Shown here: piece by piece, positions 10,284-22,666 of the stretch | How the letters are laid out: each line of letters begins with the position of its first letter | Numbering within the stretch: position 1 is the stretch's first letter | Assembly (NCBI GenBank): GCA_963805625.1 | Contig: CAWDVE010000017.1 | Coordinates: 64,001 to 128,000 of the forward strand | Direction: 5' to 3' | DNA length: 64,000 nt | Source of the DNA: an uncultured Candidatus Rokubacteria bacterium | GTDB lineage: Bacteria; Methylomirabilota; Methylomirabilia; Rokubacteriales; DASRDR01 | The notes under the pieces: generated by a model | Told to the model about the DNA's origin: nothing | What the model saw: the letters and a program-made list of their open reading frames with translations, nothing else | The model's database searches: none | Made by a program: the position numbers and the translations under genes

Positions 10284-12047
10284 GTGGGCCCCGTCGGTGT
10301 CGCGTTCGTCGTCTCGCTGGCTGTCGCGCTTGCCGCTACGCTTGCTTGCGAGCGAGTTGCCCCCCGGCTCGGGCTCGTCGTCGCGCCCCGGGCCGACCGC
10401 TGGCACCGCCGGCCCGTGGCGCTCCTTGGCGGCGTGGCGATCATGCTCGGGATCCTGCCGGCGCTGGTGTGGGCCGGCGGTCTCCGGGGTCGCCTCGCGG
10501 AGCTGACGCTCGTCGCCCTCGCGATGGGGACGGTGGGGCTCGTGGACGACGTCCGGCCGCTGCGTCCGCCAGTCAAGCTGGTGGCGCAGATCGTCCTCGC
10601 GGGGCTCCTGGTGGAGCGCGACTTCGTGCTCCGGCTCACCGGGGTGGCCGTCCTCGACGTGGTGCTGACCCTCATCTGGGTGGTCGGCATCACGAACGCG
10701 TTCAACCTGCTCGACAACATGGACGGCCTGGCTGCCGGCATGGCGGTCATTGCAGGAGGATTCCGGCTGGCCCTCTTTCTCCTCGACGGGGACCTGGCCG
10801 CGGCGACGATGACCGCAGGGTTCGTCGGCGCGGTGGTGGGCTTCCTCGTGAGGAACGCCCCGCCGGCCCGGATCTTCATGGGCGACGCGGGGAGCCTCTT
10901 CCTGGGCTTCTTCCTGAGCGGTCTCTGCCTCGTCGTCGACGCCGCGTTCTACTCACGCGGGATCACCGCGGTGCTGGCGGTGCCGGTGCTGCTGGTGCTG
11001 ATCCCCATCTTCGACACCACCTTCGTGACGGTCACGCGGCTCCTCCGCGGGCAGCCGGTCTCGCAGGGTGGGCGCGACCACACGTCGCACCGGCTGGTGG
11101 CGCTCGGGGGCAGCGAGGGGCGGGCCCTGGCCGTACTCTACGGGCTGTCGATCATCGGGGGGGGCGTCGCACTCCTCACGTACCGGGCCGATCTCGGGAC
11201 GGCCGTGGTCCTCCTCCCGCTGCTCCTGGTGGGGCTGACGCTTCTCGGGATCCATCTGAACCAGGTCGAGGTCGTGCGCGCGGGGCCGGCGCCCGCGGGC
11301 CGGGCGGTCGTCCGGCTCGTGCAGGACTTCCCGTACAAGCGGGAGGTGGCGTCGGTCGTCCTCGACTCGATCCTCATCATGGTCGCGTACTACGCGGCGT
11401 ACGTCCTGCGCTTCGAGGAGGCGTTCGCGGCCAACAAGCCCATGCTGATCCAGACACTGGCGCCGGTCCTCGTCTGCCAGCTCTCGGCCCTCGCGTTCTC
11501 GGGGGCGTACCGGGGGATGTGGCGGTACACGGGTTTGTCGGACCTCTTGCGGCTCGGGCGCGGCATCACGCTGGGCACCGTGGCGAGCGTCCTCTACCTC
11601 CTGTTCACGACGCGGTTCGCCGGGCTGTCCCGCGCCGTGTTCGTGCTCGACTGGCTCCTGGTCGCGGTGCTGGTCGGGGCGAGCCGCGCGTCGTTCCGGC
11701 TGCTCGGCGAGGTGCTCCGGACGCCGCACGCGGGGGCGAGGCCGGTGCTCGTCTACGGTGCAGGCGACGGCGGCGAGCTGGCGCTTCGGGAGCTCCGCAA
11801 CAACGCGGGGCTCGCGCGGGACGTGCGGGGGTTCATCGACGACGACCGGGCGAAGGCGGGTACGCGCATCCACGGGGTGCCCGTGCTGGGCCCGCTCCAC
11901 GAGCTGGAGGCGCTGCTGCGGGCGCACCCGGTCGAGGAGGTCGTCGTCGCCTCGCGCAAGATCCCGACCGAGCGGCTGCGCCGCCTGGAGGCGACCTGCG
12001 CCGCGCACGGGGTGGTGGTGCGGCGCGCATCGGTCCAACTCGAGTGA
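10284..12047 (+). CDS. MraY/WecA-type polyprenyl-phosphate sugar-1-P transferase fused to a CoA-binding (CapD/WcaJ-like) domain
   Basis: GLVDD, NAFNLLDNMDGL, IFMGDAGSLFLG, GGRDHTSHRL; C-terminal VLVYGAGDGGE..GFIDDD..GVPVLG. Confidence 0.88.
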   Translation: MGPVGVAFVVSLAVALAATLACERVAPRLGLVVAPRADRWHRRPVALLGGVAIMLGILPALVWAGGLRGRLAELTLVALAMGTVGLVDDVRPLRPPVKLVAQIVLAGLLVERDFVLRLTGVAVLDVVLTLIWVVGITNAFNLLDNMDGLAAGMAVIAGGFRLALFLLDGDLAAATMTAGFVGAVVGFLVRNAPPARIFMGDAGSLFLGFFLSGLCLVVDAAFYSRGITAVLAVPVLLVLIPIFDTTFVTVTRLLRGQPVSQGGRDHTSHRLVALGGSEGRALAVLYGLSIIGGGVALLTYRADLGTAVVLLPLLLVGLTLLGIHLNQVEVVRAGPAPAGRAVVRLVQDFPYKREVASVVLDSILIMVAYYAAYVLRFEEAFAANKPMLIQTLAPVLVCQLSALAFSGAYRGMWRYTGLSDLLRLGRGITLGTVASVLYLLFTTRFAGLSRAVFVLDWLLVAVLVGASRASFRLLGEVLRTPHAGARPVLVYGAGDGGELALRELRNNAGLARDVRGFIDDDRAKAGTRIHGVPVLGPLHELEALLRAHPVEEVVVASRKIPTERLRRLEATCAAHGVVVRRASVQLE

Positions 12048-12299
12048 GCGTGGGGCCGCCGCCCACGCGGCGGGCGCGCGTCCGGGTCACGGGATCGCCC
12101 CGGACACGGAGCGCGTCCAGGCCCTCCTCCATGACCGGCTGCGCGTTCAAGGACCGGCCCGGCGTCACTCGGCGGCCCGAAACAGCTCCTCGCCGCGCTG
12201 AAGACGCAGCGCAATCTGGTACGTCTGACGTAGCGCCCGCGGGGTCGGGCTGTGCGCCGCCTCAAAGCGCGCCAGGGCGACCAGCGCGCGGCGGGCCGC

Positions 12300-12739
12300 T
12301 GCCGGACGCGCGGCCTTGAGCGCCCCATGCTGGCGCAAGGCGGCGCCCTCCAGCTCCTGGTAGTCGTGGAAGCGTCCTCCCGCAGGACGGCGCGGCCCAG
12401 GCTCTCGGTGTTGTGGACGGTGTCCCAGTCGCCGAACTCGTTGCTGGTCGGGAACCGGGCGATCCGGAGGCTGCTGGCCTGCGCCACGGCCTGGCCGTGC
12501 TCCGCAGGCGCGGTTCCTCGTCTCAGGGCAGTCAGGAGTGCGTCGACGATGGACTGGGGCTCGTCACCCAGGAGACACGCCACGAGCTCGTCGAACTCTC
12601 CGGCGCCCAGCAATGCTCCGCGGCGGGACTCGCCGTCGAGACTTGGTAAGATCGCGGGTGCATCGATCCAGCCGAGATGATCCAGGAGCTCGACGAGCGA
12701 CCCGAGCGCCTCGAAGGCGCGCTCCACCAGAGCGGTCAA
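12300..12739 (-). pseudogene. Fragment of a conserved protein (resembles the C-terminal region of large Rieske-domain proteins)
   Basis: ELLDHLGW..ILPSL, LRIARFPTSNEFGDWDTVH, LLRED-like blocks packed together as if deleted between; boundaries approximate. Confidence 0.45.
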
Positions 12740-13048
12740 GTCGATCGGTCGGCGCCAAGCACTCCGTTCCTCGCTCCGCTCGGCGCGACACAGGCCGCCG
12801 CCGACGAAATAGTGATCGGTGACTCCGACAGGACCTCCCTCGGTTCCGCCAGGCCCGCGCGGCGGGGCGCCGCTCCGCGCCGGCCTCCACCCAGCCCCGG
12901 CGCGAGCCGCTGCCCGAACTCGCCACCGAGCGGTCCATCGTCCGGTGCCGGACGGACCCGAAGATCCGTCGCCGCCACGCCGTGGTGGAGCGCGCCTCCG
13001 TGCGCCTCGAGTGAGGAGCCGGCTGCTGACGGCGAGGCCGGCGCTTCC

Positions 13049-13077
13049 TTGACACCCCGCGAGGCGCCGTCAATAAT
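13049..13077 (+). promoter_or_regulatory. Sigma70-type promoter
   Basis: TTGACA-17 bp-AATAAT, 9 bp before ATG 13087. Confidence 0.65.
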
Positions 13078-13086
13078 GACGCGGCG

Positions 13087-13371
13087 ATGACGAACACCGC
13101 GCCCCTGGGGGCGTTGGGAGCGCGCTTAACCGACGGACGTGCGGTGATCGGTGTGGCCGGGCTCGGCTACGTGGGGCTACCCTTGGCCGTGGAGCTTGCG
13201 CGAGCAGGATTCTCGGTCACGGACATCGCTCCGGACACGGAGCGCGTCCGGAGCGCCGGCCGGGATGAGAGCCACGTCGAGTGGCTCGTGATGCACGTCC
13301 GACTCGTGTTCGACACGCGGAACGTCACGCGCGACGTCAGAGTGGACCGGACCAGGGTCGTCCGGCTCTGA
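13087..13371 (+). pseudogene. Nucleotide-sugar (UDP-glucose/GDP-mannose family) dehydrogenase with most of the interior deleted
   Basis: N-terminal IGVAGLGYVGLPLAVELARAGF joined in frame to C-terminal LVFDTRNVT..VVRL; only 94 aa. Confidence 0.8.
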
Positions 13372-13388
13372 CCGGCGCGAGGGCGCGC

Positions 13389-14360
13389 GTGCGAGCGCTG
13401 GTCACGGGCGGGGCCGGGTTCATCGGGTCGCACCTCACGGAGGCGTTGCTCGCGGCCGGCCGCGAGGTGGTCGTCCTGGATGACCTCTCGACGGGGCAGC
13501 TCGGGAACCTGGCGGGCGTGGCGGGTCACCCCCGTCTCGAGGTGGTCGCGGGGTCGGTCACCGACGAGACCCTCGTGCGGAAGCTCGTGACCGGAGCCGA
13601 CCTGGTCTACCACCTCGCGGCCGCGGTCGGCGTGCGGCTGATCCTCGATCGGCCGGTGGCGACGATCGAGACCAACATCATGGGGACCGAGACCATCCTC
13701 CGAGCGGCGCTCGAGGGGCGGCCCCGCGTGGTCCTGGCTTCCACGTCCGAGGTCTATGGCAAGAACGACCGCGTGCCCCTCTCCGAGGACGACGACCGGC
13801 TTCTCGGGCCAACGACGAAGAGCCGCTGGAGCTACGCGTGCTCGAAGGCGATCGATGAGTTCCTAGGGCTCGCGTACCACCGCGAGCACGGACTGCCCGT
13901 CACCATCGTCCGCTTCTTCAACACGATCGGACCCCGCCAGACGGGCCGGTACGGCATGGTGGTCCCGCGCTTCGTGCGCCAGGCGCTCGACGGAGGTCCG
14001 ATCACGGTCTACGGCGACGGCTGCCAGTCCCGGTGCTTCACGGACGTGGAGGACACCGTGCGCGCGACGATCGCGCTCTCGCTGGCCCCCGCGGCGGTCG
14101 GCGGGGTGTTCAACGTGGGGACCACGCACGAGCTGACCATCCGAGCGCTCGCCGAACGCGTGCGCGCGCTGGCAGGCAGTGACTCACCGATCGTGCTCGT
14201 GCCGTACGATGAAGCTTACCAGCCCGGGTTCGAGGACCTGCAGCGGCGCGTGCCGGACATCCGGAAGGCGGAGCGCGTGGTCGGCTACCGGCCCCGCGTG
14301 CCGCTCGACGAGACCCTCCGGCGCGTGATCGGCCATCTCCGCAACACCGGCCACAGCTAG
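13389..14360 (+). CDS. NAD-dependent epimerase/dehydratase (extended SDR)
   Basis: [52 protein letters not shown]. Confidence 0.92.
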   Translation: MRALVTGGAGFIGSHLTEALLAAGREVVVLDDLSTGQLGNLAGVAGHPRLEVVAGSVTDETLVRKLVTGADLVYHLAAAVGVRLILDRPVATIETNIMGTETILRAALEGRPRVVLASTSEVYGKNDRVPLSEDDDRLLGPTTKSRWSYACSKAIDEFLGLAYHREHGLPVTIVRFFNTIGPRQTGRYGMVVPRFVRQALDGGPITVYGDGCQSRCFTDVEDTVRATIALSLAPAAVGGVFNVGTTHELTIRALAERVRALAGSDSPIVLVPYDEAYQPGFEDLQRRVPDIRKAERVVGYRPRVPLDETLRRVIGHLRNTGHS

Positions 14361-14378
14361 GGAGGAGAGCGCCGCCGC

Positions 14379-15254
14379 GTGTTCGGTGCCTTGGTCGCCT
14401 CGCTCAGGCCGCGCCAGTGGACCAAGAACCTCTTAGTCTTCGCGGGCCTGATCTTCTCGCGAGGCCTCCACGAGCCGGCGCTGGTGGCCCGCTCGGGGCT
14501 GGCATTCGCCCTCTTCTGCCTCCTCTCAGGGGGGGTGTACCTGATCAACGACGTGATGGACGCCGAGCGCGACCGGGCGCACCCGCAGAAGCGGCAGCGC
14601 CCCGTCGCCTCGGGCCGCCTGCCCGTGGGGATCGCGCTGGTGGCAGGGGTCGGCGTCCTGATCGGGACCGCGGCGGCCGCCTTCTTCCTGTCGGTCTCCT
14701 TCGGGATGGTGGCCGTCGCGTACGCAGTCCTGCTCACCGCGTACTCGGCAGGGCTCAAGCACGTGGTCATCGTGGACACCCTAATCATCGCGGGCGGGTT
14801 CGTGCTGCGCGCCTTGGCCGGGGTGATCGTGCTCGGGATCGAGCCGTCCTACTGGCTCCTCCTGTGCACGATCCTGCTTGCGTTGTTCCTGACCTTCGGC
14901 AAGCGGCGCCACGAGCTCCTCGCGCTGGAGGCCGGGGCGACCGACCATCGCCCGATCCTGTCGGAGTACACGCCGCAGCTCTTGGACCAGATGATCGCGG
15001 TGGTGACCGCGTCGACCTTGATGGCCTACGCGCTCTACACCATGGCGCCGGATACGCAGGTGCGGCTGGGGACCGCGCGCCTGCCGCTCACGATCCCGTT
15101 CGTTCTCTACGGGATCTTCCGCTACCTCTATGTCCTCTACCGCCACGACCTGGGGGGGAACCCGTCCGAGCACTTCTTGACGGACCGGGCGCTCTTGGTC
15201 GACGTCGCCCTCTGGGGCGCGACGGTCATCGTCGTCCTCTACGTCGCGCCGTAG
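14379..15254 (+). CDS. Decaprenyl-phosphate phosphoribosyltransferase-like UbiA family protein
   Basis: LRPRQWTKNLLVF, YLINDVMDAERDRAHPQKRQRPVASG, FGKRRHEL, YGIFRYL. Confidence 0.9.
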   Translation: MFGALVASLRPRQWTKNLLVFAGLIFSRGLHEPALVARSGLAFALFCLLSGGVYLINDVMDAERDRAHPQKRQRPVASGRLPVGIALVAGVGVLIGTAAAAFFLSVSFGMVAVAYAVLLTAYSAGLKHVVIVDTLIIAGGFVLRALAGVIVLGIEPSYWLLLCTILLALFLTFGKRRHELLALEAGATDHRPILSEYTPQLLDQMIAVVTASTLMAYALYTMAPDTQVRLGTARLPLTIPFVLYGIFRYLYVLYRHDLGGNPSEHFLTDRALLVDVALWGATVIVVLYVAP

Positions 15255-15314
15255 CGCCCAGCCCAACTGCCCCCGATTGATGCCGATCGGCTCATACACC
15301 GCCGTCGTGGGGGC

Positions 15315-15660
15315 CTAAGGCACGGCGGTCCCGAACGCCCGCTCGAAGAGTGACCCGACGAGCCACCCGACCAGGGTGGAGCCGAGCGCGACGGAGGCGA
15401 ACTCGAGGCGGGACCGCAGGAGGGGGCGGCCGGTGAGGACACCTTTCAAGATCCCCACGCTCAGCAGCACCGCGACCGAGAGCGACCAGGAGAGGGGCAG
15501 GGCGAGCCGGCGTCCCATCAACACGAGGGGGCGAGGGGAATGGCCGCGCCGACGCGGGTTCTGCGGCCAGGCGAAGTTCTCCCCGGGCGAGCCCGCCTCG
15601 CCGTCCCGGCCCTCGCCCATGAAGACGACGCGGTGGGCGACCTCGTCGAACAGCATGAGC
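15315..15660 (-). pseudogene. VIT1/CCC1 transporter C-terminal remnant
   Basis: SVAVLLSVGILKGVLTGRPLLRSRLEFASVALGSTLVGWLVG matches the VIT1 family end; upstream part missing; 5' boundary approximate. Confidence 0.55.
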
Positions 15661-15836
15661 TTCGGCTGTATGGGCGAGCGCCCGCGCGGTGGCGACGCGC
15701 TGCTGCCGGCCGCCGACAGCTGCCCCGGGTAGGCGTCCGCGTTCTCGGTGAGGCCGCCGATTCTCGCGCTCGTGATGCCGGGGACGGGCTCCGCCACTTC
15801 GGCCCGGCGCCGGGCGGGCGGTGGTAGACTTCGTTC

Positions 15837-16910
15837 ATGCCCGCCCGGGTCGCGGTCCTGCGTACCAGTCCCGACACCGTCGTCGGCGACTACGGGCGTC
15901 TCATGAGGCTCTCTGGGTACCAGGCGGTTCTGCCGCGGGACGGCGAGCTCCTCCTCAAGCTCAACCTCTCGTGGACCAAGTACTTTCCTGCGTGCTCCAC
16001 GCAGCCGTGGCAGCTCGACGGCGTGGTCCGGACGCTGCTCGAGGACGGGTACCGGCCGGAGCGGATCCACCCGGTCGAGAACAAGACCGTGGTCACCAAC
16101 CCGCGCAAGGGAGTCGTTGCCAACAAGTGGGGGCCGATCCTGGACCGCCACGGCCTGCCCTTCATCCCGCTGCCCGAGGTGGAGTGGATCGTCTACCCCT
16201 TCAAGAGTCCGCTCCTGAAGCTGAACCGCATCTTTCCGGAGGGGATCGAGATTCCCAAGATGTACGTCGGCGCGAGCGTGCTTCACATGCCGACGGTGAA
16301 GACGCACGGGCACTCCGTGACGACCGGCGCGGTCAAGAACGCGTTCGGCGGGCTCCTGAAGGAGGTTCGGCACTACGCGCACGAGTTCATCCACGAGGTC
16401 CTGGTCGATCTGCTCTACATGCAGCGGGAGCTCCACCCGGGTGTGTTCGCCGTCATGGACGGCACCGTGGTGGGGGACGGGGCGGGTCCGCGCACGATGC
16501 TCCCGCGCGAGGGGAACCTCATCCTCGCCTCGGCCGACTCCGTGGCGATCGACGCGATCGCGGCGCGCCTCATGGGCTACGACCCGCTCGCCATCCCGTA
16601 CCTCCGGATGGCCCACGAGCGGGGACTCGGGGTGGCCGATCCGCGGGAGATCGAGCTGGTCGGCGACGACGTGGCCGACGTGAACTTCCGATGTCAGACG
16701 TCCCGGAGTCTGGTCATCTGGGGAGACCAGCTGATTCGGAAGGGCCCCCTCCGACCGCTCAAGCACCTCCTGCTCCACTCGCCCCTGGTGGTCTGGGCGC
16801 CGTTCGCCTCGAACGTCTACCACGATGTCCTGTGGTACCCGACCGTGGGCCGTGGGCGCATCCGGGCCTTCGCGAACACGGGCTGGGGACGGCTCTTCGC
16901 GCGGTACTGA
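15837..16910 (+). CDS. DUF362 domain-containing protein
   Basis: LLKLNLSW, PTVKTHGHSVTTGAVKNAFGG, MDGTVVGDGAGP, DSVAIDA. Confidence 0.85.
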   Translation: MPARVAVLRTSPDTVVGDYGRLMRLSGYQAVLPRDGELLLKLNLSWTKYFPACSTQPWQLDGVVRTLLEDGYRPERIHPVENKTVVTNPRKGVVANKWGPILDRHGLPFIPLPEVEWIVYPFKSPLLKLNRIFPEGIEIPKMYVGASVLHMPTVKTHGHSVTTGAVKNAFGGLLKEVRHYAHEFIHEVLVDLLYMQRELHPGVFAVMDGTVVGDGAGPRTMLPREGNLILASADSVAIDAIAARLMGYDPLAIPYLRMAHERGLGVADPREIELVGDDVADVNFRCQTSRSLVIWGDQLIRKGPLRPLKHLLLHSPLVVWAPFASNVYHDVLWYPTVGRGRIRAFANTGWGRLFARY

Positions 16911-17017
16911 CGCGCCGCCCGGGCGGGCGGGTCCGAGGGGCCTCGGTCGCCTTCTCGCGGGTCCAGGTTCCGCTTTCTTGAGGCCAAGGGCCGACTTCCT
17001 CTAAAATCGTGTCCTCC

Positions 17018-18466
17018 ATGGCAGAATCCGTTCGCGCCCGCTTCGCGCCGAGCCCAACCGGGCACCTTCACGTCGGAGGAGCCCGGACGGCGCTCTTCAA
17101 CTGGCTGTTCGCCCGCCATCACGGCGGGGTCTTCCTTCTCCGGATCGAGGACACCGACCGCGACCGGTCGACCGACGAGGCGATCCAGCAGATCCTCGGC
17201 GCGATGACCTGGCTCGGGCTCGACTGGGACCCGGAGGGCCCGGAGGACGACGGCGCGTACCGCGGGTACTTCCGGCAGACCAGCCGGTTCGAGACCTACC
17301 GGGTCCACGCCGAGCGCCTTCTCGCCGAGGGCCGGGCCTACCGCTGCTACTGCACGCCGGAGGAGCTTGACGCGCGGCGGGAGGCGGCCCAGGCGCGCGG
17401 GGAGACCTTCCGGTACGACGGCCGCTGCCGCGACCTCCCGGCCCGTCCCGGCGTGCCCGCGGCGCTCCGGCTCCGGATCCCGGACGCGGGGACGACGGTC
17501 GTGCCCGATCTGATCCACGGGGACGTGACGTTCGACCGCGCCAGCCTCGACGACTGGATCCTCGTTCGGTCGGACGGCACGCCGACCTACAATTTCTGTG
17601 TGGTGGTCGACGACGTCACCACGAAGATCACCCACGTGATCCGGGGCAACGACCACCTCTCGAACACGCCGAAGCAGATCCTCTGCTACGAGGCGCTCGG
17701 GTATGCGCAGCCGGTGTTCGCCCACATCCCCATGATCCTCGGCCCGGACCGGAAGCGCCTGTCCAAGCGCCACGGCGCGACCTCGGTGCTCGCGTTTCGG
17801 GATGAGGGGTTCCTGCCCGAGGCGATGGTGAACTACTTCGCCCGGCTCGGGTGGGCCCACGGGGACCAGGAGGTGTTCACCCGGGGGGAGCTGATCCGCC
17901 TCTTCGACCTCCGGCAGGTCGGCGCCACGCCGGCGATCTTCGACCGGACCAAGCTCGAGTGGCTCAATCAGGTCTGGGAGAAGCGGCTGGCGGAGGATCC
18001 AGCCGGCCGCGAGGAGCTGGCGAAGGCGTTCGTCCCGCATCTCGAACGGGTCGGAATCGCCAATCCACCGGGGGCGCTGGTCATCTCGGCCGTGGTGAAC
18101 CTCGCCACGCGCGCCACCACGCTTGCCGCCATGGTCCCGAAGGCGCGCTTCTACTTCGAGGACCCGACGGCGTACGACCCGACGGCATTCGGCAAGCTGG
18201 CCATGCCGACCCTCGGCTCGCGCCTGGACCGGCTCCTCGCTCGCCTGGCGGCCCTCGAGCTCTGGACCGAGACCGAGCTCGAGGGCGCGTGTCGGCAGCT
18301 CGCCGGCGAGCTAGGCGTGAAGCTGGTCGACCTCGCGCAGCCGGTGCGCCTCGCGCTGACGGGCGAGACCGCGAGCCCCCCAATCTTTGGCATGATGACC
18401 GACCTGGGACGGGAGACGACGCTGCGTCGCCTCCGCGCGTTCCGGGATCGCGTGCCGCGGTCCTAA
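17018..18466 (+). CDS. gltX: Glutamate--tRNA ligase
   Basis: RFAPSPTGHLHVGG, LRIEDTD, CYC..YDGRC, HVIRGNDH, RLSKRHGA. Confidence 0.97.
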   Translation: MAESVRARFAPSPTGHLHVGGARTALFNWLFARHHGGVFLLRIEDTDRDRSTDEAIQQILGAMTWLGLDWDPEGPEDDGAYRGYFRQTSRFETYRVHAERLLAEGRAYRCYCTPEELDARREAAQARGETFRYDGRCRDLPARPGVPAALRLRIPDAGTTVVPDLIHGDVTFDRASLDDWILVRSDGTPTYNFCVVVDDVTTKITHVIRGNDHLSNTPKQILCYEALGYAQPVFAHIPMILGPDRKRLSKRHGATSVLAFRDEGFLPEAMVNYFARLGWAHGDQEVFTRGELIRLFDLRQVGATPAIFDRTKLEWLNQVWEKRLAEDPAGREELAKAFVPHLERVGIANPPGALVISAVVNLATRATTLAAMVPKARFYFEDPTAYDPTAFGKLAMPTLGSRLDRLLARLAALELWTETELEGACRQLAGELGVKLVDLAQPVRLALTGETASPPIFGMMTDLGRETTLRRLRAFRDRVPRS

Positions 18467-18475
18467 GGCGCCGCG

Positions 18476-19099
18476 ATGGAGTGCTGGCTGGTGCGGCACG
18501 GCGAGTCCACCTGGAACTCGGTCGGGCGCTTTCAGGGCGGGCTCGACGCCCCGCTGTCGCCCCGCGGCCAGGCGCAAGCCGCAGCACTCGCCGCCGGACT
18601 CACCCAGACCCGGTTCGACGCGCTCTACACGAGTCCGCTCCGCCGCGCGCGCGACACGGCCGCGGCGTGCCGACCCGCGCTCGGCCTCGAGCCGGTCGCG
18701 CTGCACGACCTGCGGGAGGTCGGGCTGGGTGCCTGGGAGGGCCTCACCCTCGAGACGGTGCTGGCGCAGGACGGGGAGCGTTACCGGCGCTGGCTCGAGG
18801 CGCCCGTCGACCACCCGCCCCCCGGCGGTGAGCCCATGGCGGGTCTCGCGACGCGGGTGCAGACCGCGCTCGACGGGCTCTGCCGTCGGCACCCCGAGGG
18901 CCGCGTGCTCGTGATCTCGCATGGAGGGGCGATCTCTAGCGCCCTCTGCGGGTGGCTCGGCTGGCCGCTCAACGCGATCTGGTCGCTGCGGCTCGACAAC
19001 GCGTCCATCACCCGTGTCGTGCTGCCGGCGGGCCAGCTACTCGCGCTGAACGAGACCGGTCACCTGACCGACGTCGCCAGGGAGACGGTTGCCCCATGA
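18476..19099 (+). CDS. Histidine phosphatase (phosphoglycerate mutase-like) family protein
   Basis: LVRHGESTWN, SPLRRARDTA, LREVGLGAWEG, ISHGG. Confidence 0.92.
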   Translation: MECWLVRHGESTWNSVGRFQGGLDAPLSPRGQAQAAALAAGLTQTRFDALYTSPLRRARDTAAACRPALGLEPVALHDLREVGLGAWEGLTLETVLAQDGERYRRWLEAPVDHPPPGGEPMAGLATRVQTALDGLCRRHPEGRVLVISHGGAISSALCGWLGWPLNAIWSLRLDNASITRVVLPAGQLLALNETGHLTDVARETVAP

Positions 19100-20702
19100 C
19101 CTCGCGGCTCCTGATCGTCCTCTTCGGCGGGATGGCGCTGCTGCTCTACGGGATGCAGCACACCGGGGACGGGCTCCAGCGAGTCGCGGGCGCTCGCCTG
19201 CGCCAGGTGCTGACCCACCTGACCGCGAACCGGTTCATGGCGCTCCTGACCGGCGCCGCGGCGACCGCCCTGATCCAGTCGTCGACCGCAACCACGATCA
19301 TGGTGATCGGGTTCGTCCAGGCCGGGCTCTTGTCCCTCTACCAGGCGATGGGCATCATCCTGGGCGCGGACATCGGGACGACGTTCACCGTCCAGCTGCT
19401 GGCGTTCCACATCTACGACTACGCGCTCCTCTTCGTCGGGATCGGTTTCGGGATGACCTTCCTCGGCAAGCGGCGGCTCCTCAAGGACCTCGGTCAGGCC
19501 GTCCTCGGGTTCGGACTGATCTTCCTCGGCTTGAAGCTGATGATCGAGGGGATGGAGCCGCTCAAGGACAACGCCATCCTCGCCCAGGCGCTGCTCGCGT
19601 TCGCCGAGACGCCGATCCTCGGCGTCGCCGCGTCCGCGGCCTTCGCGGCTCTGGTCGCGTCCTCGGCGGCCACGATCGGGCTCGTGATCGCGCTGGCCTC
19701 GCACGGGCTCCTCACCCTGCCCGGCGCGCTCCCGCTCGTCCTGGGCGCCAACATCGGCACCTGCGTGACGGCGCTCACCGCATCGCTCGGCTCCTCGACG
19801 GAGGCACGGCGGGTCGCCGCGGCCCACGTGGGCTTCAAGCTCCTCGGGGTGGCGATCGTGCTCCCGTTCCTCGATCCGTTCGTCGGGCTCGTGGCCGCCA
19901 GCGCGGTGGATCCCGCGCGCCAGATCGCCAACGCCCATACCTTCTTCAACGTGGCGATCTCGCTCCTGTTCCTTCCCTTCCAGCCGCTCGCGGCCCGGCT
20001 GATCATCGCGGCCGTGCCGGACCGGCCGGAAGCGGAGCAGCGTTTCGGCACGCGCTACCTGGACGAGCGGTTTATGGAGCAGCCGAGCCTCGCGATCGGC
20101 CAGGCCTCCCGTGAGGCGTCGCGGATGGCGGACATCGTCCAGGGGATGCTCCGAGACGCCGCCGCCGTGTTCCGGAGCGGGAGCCAGGAGCTCCTCGAGG
20201 AGGTGGTGCGTCGCGACGACCAGGTGGACTACCTCGAGCGGGAGGTCAAGCTGTACCTCACCCGGCTGGATCGCCACATCATGACCGAGGACCTCGCGCG
20301 GCGGGAGATCGCGCTCCTCGGATTCATCGGCAATCTCGAGAACATCGGCGACATCATCGACAAGAACCTCATGGAGCTCGCCCGGAAGAAGCTCTACCAG
20401 GGTCGCCGCTTCTCGGAGCCCGGGGAGGCGGAGCTCATGGAGTTTCACGCGCTCGTCTCGAAGAACTTCGAGCGTGCGGTCGTCGCGTTCACGGCCAGCG
20501 ACCGTACGCTGGCCAACGAGGTCCTCGACCAGCGGCCCGTGGTCCGCCAGCGGGAGCGGGAGCTCCGGCAGTCTCACATCGACCGTCTCCGGGCCGGGCT
20601 GGCCGAGTCCGTCGAGACCTCGGAGATCCACCTGGACGTCCTCACGAACCTCAAACGCATCAGCTCCCACGTGACGGCGCTGGTGTATCCGATCGTCGAG
20701 CA

Positions 20703-20706
<4 letters not shown>
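19096..20706 (+). CDS. Na/Pi cotransporter family protein with C-terminal PhoU domains
   Basis: IQSSTAT, ILGADIGTT, LGANIGT, QIANAHT, LENIGD. Confidence 0.92.
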
Positions 20707-22573
<1,867 letters not shown>

Positions 22574-22666
22574 CCCGCCCCTCGCCCCCAGCGTCACGCG
22601 TTGGGTGGAGGCGACGGCGGCGCGGCCCCGGCCTCCCGGCGGGGCCCGCGCGCATGGGGGGGCGAT

